Origin: Eledone cirrhosa
Lineage: Eukaryota
NCBI GenBank assembly: GCA_964016885.1
Contig: OZ024750.1
Location: 36,022,001-36,086,000 of the forward strand
Direction: 5' to 3'
Length of the DNA: 64,000 nucleotides
The position numbers and the translations under genes are program-made. The stretch's first letter is position 1, and every line of letters starts with the position of its first letter. Below, in pieces: positions 50,551-64,000 of the stretch. Below the pieces are notes generated by a model. It saw only the letters and a list, made by a program, of their open reading frames with translations. It was not told the origin of the DNA and ran no database searches.

Positions 50551-51805
50551 TAGGATTTAACACTTTCCAGAAATTTTACAAACATGTTGAAGTCAAAACA
50601 AAATATCTATTTTGTACTAAATACAAATTTCCAAAAAATACAACATTTGGAAGTGATATATTAAGTACCAATTTACTGTATTACTATATTCTCCTAATGT
50701 ACAAATTTTCAAAGAATACATTTAGAAAAAGAAGAAGATATATATATCATGTACCAATTTGTTTTATTATAATATTCCACCAATATACAAATATTTTTCA
50801 GAAAATGATGAGTATGTTTTTTTTTACAAATAATATTTTGATATTCATAATCAAAAATGTTATTGTTTGTCAGTATGTTTGTATTTAGTGTGGCATCTTA
50901 GTGTTTCTTTAGAATCACATCAAAATGAATATAGTTAGTAAAAGACTCTGAATAAAATAACATTATTTCATTCATCTTACATAAAAGGGAAGATAATTGA
51001 ATGTACTGAATAATTTCCAAAGAAATCAATAATTAATGACAATAGAGTAATTTCATATTGATTTATGCTGGAACATATTCTTCATTATTATTTGATATTT
51101 CAGAAATCAATTTAACATAAATGTTTTTCTTTGTCAATCCAAGTAGAAGTTTCAATGTGAGTATTGATTAGGTGGTTCTTTACTGAATATACCAAATTAT
51201 TAATTAGCTTGATGTAAATGTTTTCTAAATTGTAATACCTGTCAGATATTATCAATTTCAATGAATTATATTCAATTAATGTAAATGTTATGAACAATTT
51301 TTTTCTCTATCATGAGAGAGAAAAATAAAGTTTTATATAAATTATAACATTTTTATTTATTTTTTATTTTCTTTTAATTTTATTTATTTATTTATTTATT
51401 TTTACTGTGTATGTATGTAAATTTTCAGAATTTGTATATTAGAGATGGATTATTTTTCTAATATTATATATCATATCTTATGAAGAAAGAAAAGTAAAAC
51501 AGAATACTACTTATATATATTTAAGGGTTTGATGAAGTACTTGTATTAAATGTTATAAAACATGATGTATTGTTCCAACATTTGGCATTCACTAAGCCAC
51601 CACTAATTCATTGTCAATTTCAAAACAATTCCAAGTTTCTAAATAATTTTATTGTTTTAATCAATTTTATTTCAAATGAAATTGTAGGACAGAAATGCGA
51701 TTAGTATAGTTTATAATATTTTGTAATTTTGCTTTTAATTCTTTCGCAACACTATTGCAGCTGTTTGTTCTGAGTAATGCAGTAAATACAACAAAAGTAG
51801 ACTAA

Positions 51806-51806
<1 letters not shown>

Positions 51807-51857
<51 letters not shown>

Positions 51858-51864
51858 GTAATAA
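51807..51864. repeat. (AAT)n microsatellite
   Basis: Directly visible. Confidence 0.95.
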
Positions 51865-52408
51865 AAACGTTTTAATTAAACTGGAAAGAGTATATATTTT
51901 TAGGAATGTATTGAAAGTGATTTAATTTATTTTTTTTTTTAAATGTTCACCTTGAACTGAGAGCTAAATAATCCAGAAAAAGAGACATGGTTGTGTTTCC
52001 CTAAGAAACTTTTCTTTTGTAATGTTCACAATAAATCTCTAAACAGAGGAGTATTTGTTACAAATATCAACAAATACAAAATACAATCAAATGAAAAAAA
52101 GTGACATGGTGAAATTAAGATATTTATTAGGTCTGATTTACTTTTTTTAAAATAATGAAATATGTGGATGAGGTTTTACACATAGAGAGAAATTTACAAG
52201 TTAAAACCTTCAGCAATTTTTTAGCAATATAGTCATGAAATGACAAATCTTTTCCTCTTCTTCCTCCTCCTTCTCTTATTCATCATCATCATCATTTATT
52301 GTTTTCCAATGGTTAGATGGCTTCATTATATAATAACACCAGCACTAAGGAAGTTGTCATGTCTTTGACACAACTAAAGGGTCTTCTTAGTCCTTTGTTC
52401 AGCAAGTT

Positions 52409-55400
52409 TTCTGCAGCTGGATGTCCTTCCTATCACCAACTACTTAACAGGGTGTACTGGGGACATGGGTTCTGCAGCTGGATGTCCTTCCTATCACCAA
52501 CCACTTAACAGGGTGTACTGGGGACATGGGTTCTGCAGCTGGATGTCCTTCCTATCACCAACCACTTAACAGGGTGTACTGGGGACATGGGTTCTGCAGC
52601 TGGATGTCCTTCCTATCACCAGCCATTTAACAGGGTGTACTGGGAACATGGGTTCTGCAGCTGAATGTCCTTCCTATCACCAGCCACTTAACAGGGTGTA
52701 CTGGGAACATGGGTTCTGCAGCTGGATGTCCTTCCTATCACTAACTACTTAACAGGGTGTACTGGGGACATGGGTTCTGCAGCTGGATGTCCTTCCTATC
52801 ACCAACCACTTAACAGGGTGTACTGGGAACATGGGTTCTGCAGCTGGATGTCCTTCCTATCACCAGCCATTTAACAGGGTGTACTGGGAACATGGGTTCT
52901 GCAGCTGAATGTCCTTCCTATCACCAGCCACTTAACAGGGTGTACTGGGAACATGGGTTCTGCAGCTGGATGTCCTTCCTATCACCAACCATTTAACAGG
53001 GTGTACTGGGAACATGGGTTCTGCAGCTGGATGTCCTTCCTATCACCAGCCACTTAACAGGGTGTACTGGGAACATGGGTTCTACAGCTGGATGTCCTTC
53101 CTATCACCAACCACTTAACAGGGTGTACTGGGAACATGGGTTCTGCAGCTGGATGTCCTTCATATCACCAACCACTTAACAGGGTGTACTGGGAACATGG
53201 GTTCTGCAGCTGGATGTCCTTCCTATCACCAACTACTTAACAGGGTGTACTGGGAACATGGGTTCTGCAGCTGGATGTCCTTCCTATCACCAACCATTTA
53301 ACAGGGTGTACTGGGGACATGGGTTCTGCAGCTGGATGTCCTTCCTATCACCAGCCACTTAACAGGGTGTACTGGGAACATGGGTTCTGCAGCTGGATGT
53401 CCTTCCTATCACCAACCACTTAACAGGGTGTACTGGGGACATGGGTTCTGCAGCTGGATGTCCTTCCTATCACCAGCCATTTAACAGGGTGTACTGGGAA
53501 CATGGGTTCTGCAGCTGGATGTCCTTCCTATCACCAACCACTTAACAGGGTGTACTGGGGACATGGGTTCTGCAGCTGGATATCCTTCCTATCACCAGCC
53601 ACTTAACAGGGTGTACTGGGAACATGGGTTCTGCAGCTGGATGTCCTTCCTATCACCAACCACTTAACAGGGTGTACTGGGAACATGGGTTCTGCAGCTG
53701 GATGTCCTTCATATCACCAACCACTTAACAGGGTGTACTGGGAACATGGGTTCTGCAGCTGGATGTCCTTCATATCACCAACCACTTAACAGGGTGTACT
53801 GGGAACATGGGTTCTGCAGCTGGATGTCCTTCCTATCACCAACCATTTAACAGGGTGTACTGGGAACATGGGTTCTGCAGCTGGATGTCCTTCCTATCAC
53901 CAACCACTTAACAGGGTGTACTGGGAACATGGGTTCTGCAGCTGGATGTCCTTCCTATCACCAACCACTTAACAGGGTGTACTGGGGACATGGGTTCTGC
54001 AGCTGGATGTCCTTCCTATCACCAGCCACTTAACAGGGTGTACTGGGAACATGGGTTCTGCAGCTGGATGTCCTTCCTACCACTAACCATTTAACAGAGT
54101 GTACTGGGTACATGGGTTCTGCAGCTGGATGTCCTTCGTATCACCAGCCACTTAACAGGGTGTACTGGGAACATGGGTTCTGCAGCTGGATGTCCTTCCT
54201 ACCACTAACCATTTAACAGGGTGTACTGGGGACATGGGTTCTGCAGCTGGATGTCCTTCGTATCACCAGCCACTTAACAGGGTGTACTGGGAACATGGGT
54301 TCTGCAGCTGGATGTCCTTCCTACCACTAACCATTTAACAGGGTGTACTGGGGACATGGGTTCTGCAGCTGGATCTCCTTCCTATCACCAGCCACTTAAC
54401 AGGGTGTACTGGGGACATGGGTTCTGCAGCTGGATGTCCTTCCTATCACTAACCATTTAACAGGGTGTACTGGGAACATGGGTTCTGCAGCTGGATGTCC
54501 TTCCTATCACCAGCCACTTAACAGGGTGTACTGGGAACATGGGTTCTGCAGCTGGATGTCCTTCCTATCACCAACCATTTAACAGGGTGTACTGGGAACA
54601 TGGGTTCTGCAGCTGGATGTCCTTCCTATCACCAGCCACTTAACAGGGTGTACTGGGGACATGGGTTCTGCAGCTGGATGTCCTTCCTATCACCAACCAT
54701 TTAACAGGGTGTACTGGGAACATGGGTTCTGCAGCTGGATGTCCTTCCTATCACCAGCCACTTAACAGGGTGTACTGGGAACATGGGTTCTGCAGCTGGA
54801 TGTCCTTCCTATCACCAGCCACTTAACAGGGTGTACTGGGAACATGGGTTCTGCAGCTGGATGTCCTTCCTATCACCAGCCACTTAACAGGGTGTACTGG
54901 GAACATGGGTTCTACAGCTGGATGTCCTTCCTATCACCAACCATTTAACAGGGTGTACTGGGAACATGGGTTCTGCAGCGGGATGTCCTTCGTATCACCA
55001 GCCATTTAACAGGGTGTACTGGGAGCATGGGTTCTGCAGCTGGATGTCCTTCCTATCACCAACCACTTAACAGGGTGTACTGGGAGCATGGGTTCTGCAG
55101 CTGGATGTCCTTCCTATCACCAACCATTTAACAGGGTGTACTGGGAGCATGGGTTCTGCAGCTGGATGTCCTTCCTATCACCAACCACTTAACAGGGTGT
55201 ACTGGGAACATGGGTTCTGCAGCTGGATCTCCTTCCTATCACTAACTACTTAACAGGGTGTACTGGGAACATGGGTTCTGCAGCTGGATGTCCTTCCTAT
55301 CACCAACTACTTAACAGGGTGTACTGGGAACATGGGTTCTGCAGCTGGATCTCCTTCCTATCACCAGCCACTTAACAGGGTGTACTGGGGACATGGGTTC

Positions 55401-58400
55401 TGCAGCTGGATGTCCTTCCTATCACCAGCCACTTAACAGGGTGTACTGGGAACATGGGTTCTGCAGCTGGATGTCCTTCCTATCACCAACTACTTAACAG
55501 GGTGTACTGGGAACATGGGTTCTGCAGCTGGATGTCCTTCCTATCACTAACTACTTAACAGGGTGTACTGGGAACATGGGTTCTGCAGCTGGATCTCCTT
55601 CCTATCACCAGCCACTTAACAGGGTGTACTGGGAACATGGGTTCTGCAGCTGGATGTCCTTCCTATCACCAGCCACTTAACAGGGTGTACTGGGAACATG
55701 GGTTCTACAGCTGGATGTCCTTCCTATCACCAACCATTTAACAGGGTGTACTGGGAACATGGGTTCTGCAGCGGGATGTCCTTCGTATCACCAGCCATTT
55801 AACAGGGTGTACTGGGAGCATGGGTTCTGCAGCTGGATGTCCTTCCTATCACCAACCACTTAACAGGGTGTACTGGGAGCATGGGTTCTGCAGCTGGATG
55901 TCCTTCCTATCACCAACCATTTAACAGGGTGTACTGGGAGCATGGGTTCTGCAGCTGGATGTCCTTCCTATCACCAACCACTTAACAGGGTGTACTGGGA
56001 ACATGGGTTCTGCAGCTGGATCTCCTTCCTATCACTAACTACTTAACAGGGTGTACTGGGAACATGGGTTCTGCAGCTGGATGTCCTTCCTATCACCAAC
56101 TACTTAACAGGGTGTACTGGGAACATGGGTTCTGCAGCTGGATCTCCTTCCTATCACCAGCCACTTAACAGGGTGTACTGGGGACATGGGTTCTGCAGCT
56201 GGATGTCCTTCCTATCACCAGCCACTTAACAGGGTGTACTGGGAACATGGGTTCTGCAGCTGGATGTCCTTCCTATCACCAACTACTTAACAGGGTGTAC
56301 TGGGAACATGGGTTCTGCAGCTGGATGTCCTTCCTATCACTAACTACTTAACAGGGTGTACTGGGAACATGGGTTCTGCAGCTGGATGTCCTTCTTATCA
56401 CCAGCCACTTAACAGGGTGTACTGGGAACATGGGTTCTGCAGCTGGATGTCCTTCCTATCACCAGCCACTTAACAGGGTGTACTGGGAACATGGGTTCTG
56501 CAGCTGGATGTCCTTCCTATCACCAGCCACTTAACAGGGTGTACTGGGGACATGGGTTCTGCAGCTGGATGTCCTTCCTATCACCAACTACTTAACAGGG
56601 TGTACTGGGAACATGGGTTCTGCAGCTGGATGTCCTTCCTATCACCAACCATTTAACAGGGTGTACTGGGACATGGGTTCTGCAGCTGGATGTCCTTCCT
56701 ATCCCCAACTACTTAACAGGGTGTACTGGGAACATGGGTTCTGCAGCTGGATGTCCTTCCTATCACCAACCATTTAACAGGGTGTACTGGGAACATGGGT
56801 TCTGCAGCTGGATGTCCTTCCTATCACCAGCCACTTAACAGGGTGTACTGGGGACATGGGTTCTGCAGCTGGATGTCCTTCCTATCACTAACTACTTAAC
56901 AGGGTGTACTGGGAACATGGGTTCTGCAGCTGGATGTCCTTCCTATCACCAACTACTTAACAGGGTGTACTGGGAACATGGGTTCTGCAGCTGGATGTTC
57001 TTCTTATCACCAGCCACTTAACAGGGTGTACTGGGAACATGGGTTCTGCAGCTGGACGTCCTTCCTATCACCAACCACTTAACAGGGTGTACTGGGAACA
57101 TGGGTTCTGCAGCTGGATGTCCTTCCTATCACCAACCACTTAACAGGGTGTACTGGGAACATGGGTTCTGCAGCTGGATGTCCTTCCTATCACCAACCAT
57201 TTAACAGGGTGTACTGGGAACATGGGTTCTGCAGCTGGATGTCCTTCTTATCACCAGCCACTTAACAGGGTGTACTGGGAAAATGGGTTCTGCAGCTGGA
57301 TGTCCTTCTTATCACCAGCCACTTAACAGGGTGTACTGGGAACATGGGTTCTGCAGCTGGATGTCCTTCTTATCACCAGCCACTTAACAGGGTGTACTGG
57401 GAACATGGGTTCTGCAGCTGGATGTCCTTCTTATCACCAGCCACTTAACAGGGTGTACTGGGGACATGGGTTCTGCAGCTGGATGTCCTTCCTATCACTA
57501 ACCATTTAACAGGGTGTACTGGGAACATGGGTTCTGCAGCTGGATGTCCTTCCTATCACCAACTACTTAACAGGGTGTACTGGGAACATGGGTTCTGCAG
57601 CTGGATGTTCTTCTTATCACCAGCCACTTAACAGGGTGTACTGGGAACATGGGTTCTGCAGCTGGATGTCCTTCCTATCACCAACCACTTAACAGGGTGT
57701 ACTGGGAACATGGGTTCTGCAGCTGGATGTCCTTCCTATCACTAACCATTTAACAGGGTGTACTCGGAACATGGGTTCTGCAGCTGGATGTCCTTCCTAT
57801 CACCAACTACTTAACAGGGTGTACTGGGAACATGGGTTCTGCAGCTGGATGTCCTTCCTATCACTAACTACTTAACAGGGTGTACTGGGAACATGGGTTC
57901 TGCAGCTGGATGTCCTTCTTATCACCAGCCACTTAACAGGGTGTACTGGGGACATGGGTTCTGCAGCTGGATGTCCTTCTTATCACCAGCCACTTAACAG
58001 GGTGTACTGGGAACATGGGTTCTGCAGCTGGATGTCCTTCTTATCACCAGCCACTTAACAGGGTGTACTGGGGACATGGGTTCTGCAGCTGGATGTCCTT
58101 CCTATCACTAACCATTTAACAGGGTGTACTGGGAACATGGGTTCTGCAGCTGGATGTCCTTCCTATCACCAACTACTTAACAGGGTGTACTGGGAACATG
58201 GGTTCTGCAGCTGGATGTCCTTCTTATCACCAGCCACTTAACAGGGTGTACTGGGGACATGGGTTCTGCAGCTGGATGTCCTTCTTATCACCAGCCACTT
58301 AACAGGGTGTACTGGGAACATGGGTTCTGCAGCTGGATGTCCTTCTTATCACCAGCCACTTAACAGGGTGTACTGGGGACATGGGTTCTGCAGCTGGATG

Positions 58401-61400
58401 TCCTTCCTATCACTAACCATTTAACAGGGTGTACTGGGAACATGGGTTCTGCAGCTGGATGTCCTTCCTATCACCAACTACTTAACAGGGTGTACTGGGA
58501 ACATGGGTTCTGCAGCTGGATGTTCTTCTTATCACCAGCCACTTAACAGGGTGTACTGGGAACATGGGTTCTGCAGCTGGATGTCCTTCCTATCACCAAC
58601 CACTTAACAGGGTGTACTGGGAACATGGGTTCTGCAGCTGGATGTCCTTCCTATCACTAACCATTTAACAGGGTGTACTCGGAACATGGGTTCTGCAGCT
58701 GGATGTCCTTCCTATCACCAACTACTTAACAGGGTGTACTGGGAACATGGGTTCTGCAGCTGGATGTCCTTCCTATCACTAACTACTTAACAGGGTGTAC
58801 TGGGAACATGGGTTCTGCAGCTGGATGTCCTTCTTATCACCAGCCACTTAACAGGGTGTACTGGGGACATGGGTTCTGCAGCTGGATGTCCTTCTTATCA
58901 CCAGCCACTTAACAGGGTGTACTGGGAACATGGGTTCTGCAGCTGGATGTCCTTCTTATCACCAGCCACTTAACAGGGTGTACTGGGAACATGGGTTCTG
59001 CAGCTGGATGTCCTTCTTATCACCAGCCACTTAACAGGGTGTACTGGGGACATGGGTTCTGCAGCTGGATGTCCTTCCTATCACTAACCATTTAACAGGG
59101 TGTACTGGGAACATGGGTTCTGCAGCTGGATGTCCTTCCTATCACCAACTACTTAACAGGGTGTACTGGGAACATGGGTTCTGCAGCTGGATGTCCTTCC
59201 TATCACCAACTACTTAACAGGGTGTACTGGGAACATGGGTTCTGCAGCTGGATGTTCTTCTTATCACCAGCCACTTAACAGGGTGTACTGGGAACATGGG
59301 TTCTGCAGCTGGATGTCCTTCCTATCACCAACTACTTAACAGGGTGTACTGGGAACATGGGTTCTGCAGCTGGATGTCCTTCCTATCACAAACCACTTAA
59401 CAGGGTGTACTGGGAACATGGGTTCTGCAGCTGGATGTCCTTCCTATCACCAACCACTTAACAGGGTGTACTGGGAACATGGGTTCTGCAGCTGGATGTC
59501 CTTCCTATCACCAACCACTTAACAGGGTGTACTGGGAACATGGGTTCTGCAGCTGGATCTCCTTCCTATCACTAACTACTTAACAGGGTGTACTGGGAAC
59601 ATGGGTTCTGCAGCTGGATGTCCTTCTTATCACCAGCCACTTAACAGGGTGTACTGGGGACATGGGTTCTGCAGCTGGATGTCCTTCTTATCACCAGCCA
59701 CTTAACAGGGTGTACTGGGAACATGGGTTCTGCAGCTGGATGTCCTTCTTATCACCAGCCACTTAACAGGGTGTACTGGGGACATGGGTTCTGCAGCTGG
59801 ATGTCCTTCCTATCACCAGCCACTTAACAGGGTGTGCTGGGGACATGGGTTCTGCAGCTGGATGTCCTTCGTATCACCAGCCACTTAACAGGGTGTACTG
59901 GGAACATGGGTTCTGCAGCTGGATGTCCTTCCTATCACTAACTACTTAACAGGGTGTACTGGGAACATGGGTTCTACAGCTGGATGTCCTTCCTATCACC
60001 AGCCACTTAACAGGGTGTACTGGGAACATGGGTTCTGCAGCTGGATGTCCTTCGTATCACCAGCCACTTAACAGGGTGTACTGGGAACATGGGTTCTGCA
60101 GCTGGATGTCCTTCCTATCATCAGCCATTTAACAGGGTGTACTGGGAACATGGGTTCTGCAGCTGGATGTCCTTCGTATCACCAGCCATTTAACAGGGTG
60201 TACTGGGAACATGGGTTCTGCAGCTGGATGTCCTTCCTATCACCAGCCACTTAACAGGGTGTACTGGGAACATGGGTTCTGCACCTGGATGTCCTTCCTA
60301 TCACGAGCCACTTAACAGGGTGTACTGGGAACATGGGTTCTGCAGCTGGATGTCCTTCCTATCACCAGCCACTTAACAGGGTGTACTGGGAACATGGGTT
60401 CTGCAGCTGGATGTCCTTCCTATCACCAGCCACTTAACAGGGTGTACTGGGAACATGGGTTCTGCAGCTGGATGTCCTTCCTATCACCAGCCACTTAACA
60501 GGGTGTACTGGGAACATGGGTTCTGCAGCTGGATGTCCTTCCTATCACCAACCATTTAACAGGGTGTACTGGGAACATGGGTTCTGCAGCTGGATGTCCT
60601 TCCTATCACCAGCCACTTAACAGGGTGTACTGGGAACATGGGTTCTGCAGCTGGATGTCCTTCCTATCACCAACCATTTAACAGGGTGTACTGGGAACAT
60701 GGGTTCTGCAGCTGGATGTCCTTCCTATCACCAACCACTTAACAGGGTGTACTGGGAACATGGGTTCTGCAGCTGGATGTCCTTCCTATCACCAGCCACT
60801 TAACAGGGTGTACTGGGAACATGGGTTCTGCAGATGGATGTCCTTCCTATCACCAACCATTTAACAGGGTGTACTGGGAACATGGGTTCTGCAGCTGGAT
60901 GTCCTTCCTATCACCAGCCATTTAACAGGGTGTACTGGGAACATGGGTTCTGCAGCTGGATGTCCTTCCTATCACCAACCACTTAACAGGGTGTACTGGG
61001 AACATGGGTTCTGCAGCTGGATGTCCTTCCTATCACCAGCCACTTAACAGGGTGTACTGGGAACATGGGTTCTGCAGCTGGATGTCCTTCCTATCACCAA
61101 CCATTTAACAGGGTGTACTGGGAGCATGGGTTCTGCAGCTGGATGTCCTTCCTATCACCAGCCACTTAACAGGGTGTACTGGGAACATGGGTTCTGCAGC
61201 TGGATGTCCTTCCTATCACCAACCATTTAACAGGGTGTACTGGGAACATGGATTCTGCAGCTGGATGTCCTTCCTATCACCAACCACTTAACAGGGTGTA
61301 CTGGGAACATGGGTTCTGCAGCTGGATGTCCTTCCTATCACCAGCCACTTAACAGGGTGTACTGGGAACATGGGTTCTGCAGCTGGATGTCCTTCCTATC

Positions 61401-64000
61401 ACCAACCATTTAACAGGGTGTACTGGGAACATGGGTTCTGCAGCTGGATGTCCTTCCTATCACCAGCCATTTAACAGGGTCTACTGGGAACATGGGTTCT
61501 GCAGCTGGATGTCCTTCGTATCACCAGCCATTTAACAGGGTGTACTGGGAACATGGGTTCTGCAGCTGGATGTCCTTCCTATCACCAGCCACTTAACAGG
61601 GTGTACTGGGAACATGGGTTCTGCAGCTGGATGTCCTTTCTATCACCAACCATTTAACAGGGTGTACTGGGAACATGGGTTCTGCAGCTGGATGTCCTTC
61701 CTATCACCAGCCACTTAACAGGGTGTACTGGGAACATGGGTTCTGCAGCTGGATGTTCTTCCTATCACCAACCATTTAACAGGGTGTACTGGGAACATGG
61801 GTTCTGCAGCTGGATGTCCTTCCTATCACCAGCCACTTAACAGGGTGTACTGGGGACATGGGTTCTGCAGCTGGATGTCCTCCCTATCACCAGCCACTTA
61901 ACAGGGTGTACTGGGAACATGGGTTCTGCAGCTGGATGTCCTTCCTATCACCAGCCACTTAACAGGGTGTACTGGGAACATGGGTTCTGCAGCTGGATGT
62001 CCTTCCTATCACCAGCCACTTAACAGGGTGTACTGGGGACATGGGTTCTGCAGCTGGATGTCCTTCCTATCACCAGCCACTTAACAGGGTGTACTGGGAA
62101 CATGGGTTCTGCAGCTGGATCTCCTTCCTATCACTAACTACTTAACAGGGTGTACTGGGAACATGGGTTCTGCAGCTGGATGTCCTTCTTATCACCAACC
62201 ACTTAACAGGGTGTACTGGGAACATGGGTTCTGCAGCTGGATGTCCTTCTTATCACCAGCCACTTAACAGGGTGTACTGGGGACATGGGTTCTGCAGCTG
62301 GATGTCCTTCCTATCACCAGCCACTTAACAGGGTGTACTGGGAACATGGGTTCTGCAGCTGGATGTCCTTCTTATCACCAGCCACTTAACAGGGTGTACT
62401 GGGGACATGGGTTCTGCAGTTGGATGTCCTTCCTATCACCAGCCACTTAACAGGGTGTGCTGGGGACATGGGTTCTGCAGCTGGATGTCCTTCGTATCAC
62501 CAGCCACTTAACAGGGTGTACTGGGAACATGGGTTCTGCAGCTGGATGTCCTTCCTATCACTAACTACTTAACAGGGTGTACTGGGAACATGGGTTCTAC
62601 AGCTGGATGTCCTTCCTATCACCAGCCACTTAACAGGGTGTACTGGGAACATGGGTTCTGCAGCTGGATGTCCTTCGTATCACCAGCCACATAACAGGGT
62701 GTACTGGGAACATGGGTTCTGCAGCTGGATGTCCTTCCTATCACCAGCCATTTAACAGGGTGTACTGGGAACATGGGTTCTGCAGCTGGATGTCCTTCGT
62801 ATCACCAGCCATTTAACAGGGTGTACTGGGAACATGGGTTCTGCAGCTGGATGTCCTTCCTATCACCAGCCACTTAACAGGGTGTACTGGGAACATGGGT
62901 TCTGCAGCTGGATGTCCTTCCTATCACAAGCCACTTAACAGGGTGTACTGGGAACATGGGTTCTGCAGCTGGATGTCCTTCCTATCACCAGCCACTTAAC
63001 AGGGTGTACTGGGAACATGGGTTCTGCAGCTGGATGTCCTTCCTATCACCAGCCACTTAACAGGGTGTACTGGGAACATGGGTTCTGCAGCTGGATGTCC
63101 TTCCTATCACCAGCCACTTAACTGGGTGTACTGGGAACATGGGTTCTGCAGCTGGATGTCCTTCCTATCACCAACCATTTAACAGGGTGTACTGGGAACA
63201 TGGGTTCTGCAGCTGGATGTCCTTCCTATCACCAGCCACTTAACAGGGTGTACTGGGAACATGGGTTCTGCAGCTGGATGTCCTTCCTATCACCAACCAT
63301 TTAACAGGGTGTACTGGGAACATGGGTTCTGCAGCTGGATGTCCTTCCTATCACCAACCACTTAACAGGGTGTAATGGGAACATGGGTTCTGCAGCTGGA
63401 TGTCCTTCCTATCACCAGCCACTTAACAGGGTGTACTGGGAACATGGGTTCTGCAGCTGGATGTCCTTCCTATCACCAACCATTTAACAGGGTGTACTGG
63501 GAACATGGGTTCTGCAGCTGGATGTCCTTCCTATCACCAGCCATTTAACAGGGTGTACTGGGAACATGGGTTCTGCAGCTGGATGTCCTTCGTATCACCA
63601 GCCATTTAACAGGGTGTACTGGGAACATGGGTTCTGCAGCTGGATGTCCTTCCTATCACCAGCCACTTAACAGGGTGTACTGGGAACATGGGTTCTGCAG
63701 CTGGATGTCCTTCCTATCACCAACCATTTAACAGGGTGTACTGGGAACATGGGTTCTGCAGCTGGATGTCCTTCCTATCACCAGCCACTTAACAGGGTGT
63801 ACTGGGAACATGGGTTCTGCAGCTGGATGTCCTTCCTATCACCAACCATTTAACAGGGTGTACTGGGAACATGGGTTCTGCAGCTGGATGTCCTTCCTAT
63901 CACCAGCCACTTAACAGGGTGTACTGGGGACATGGGTTCTGCAGCTGGATGTCCTCCCTATCACCAGCCACTTAACAGGGTGTACTGGGAACATGGGTTC
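52409..64000. repeat. 61-bp satellite array, ~190 copies, extending beyond the window
   Basis: Unit ttctgcagctggatgtccttcctatcaccarccacttaacagggtgtactgggaacatggg. Confidence 0.99.

Noticed and set aside
39941-64000. CRISPR-like appearance of the regular repeats
   Set aside because: Units are head-to-tail without unique spacers, there are no cas genes, and the context is eukaryotic.

Overview
This is AT-rich, repeat-dominated eukaryotic DNA. The SINE, RTE and MITE repertoire suggests an octopod cephalopod, which is an inference. No host gene can be called with confidence. The window contains one near-intact APE/RT LINE of the CR1/L2/Jockey group (~25990-30247) embedded in (TA)n, several RTE and CR1-group LINE fragments, three SINE families, piggyBac-type (TTAA) and mariner-type (TA) MITEs, many microsatellites, and two large satellites (48 bp x ~112; 61 bp x ~190, running off the window end). 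Three observations stand out. (1) About a dozen hammerhead-ribozyme motifs sit in short elements flanked by (TA)n, many of them fold-back, and three keep a complete catalytic core; they resemble Penelope pLTR or retrozyme remnants. Two fold-backs turn exactly at the ribozyme stem II loop. (2) The LINE has a Myb/SANT-like + polyQ + 2xCCCH ORF1 and an ORF2 without an upstream ATG that appears reachable by a -1 frameshift at an in-frame U_UUU_UUA. (3) One SINE segment has been amplified into tandem arrays at four separate places, including both large satellites.
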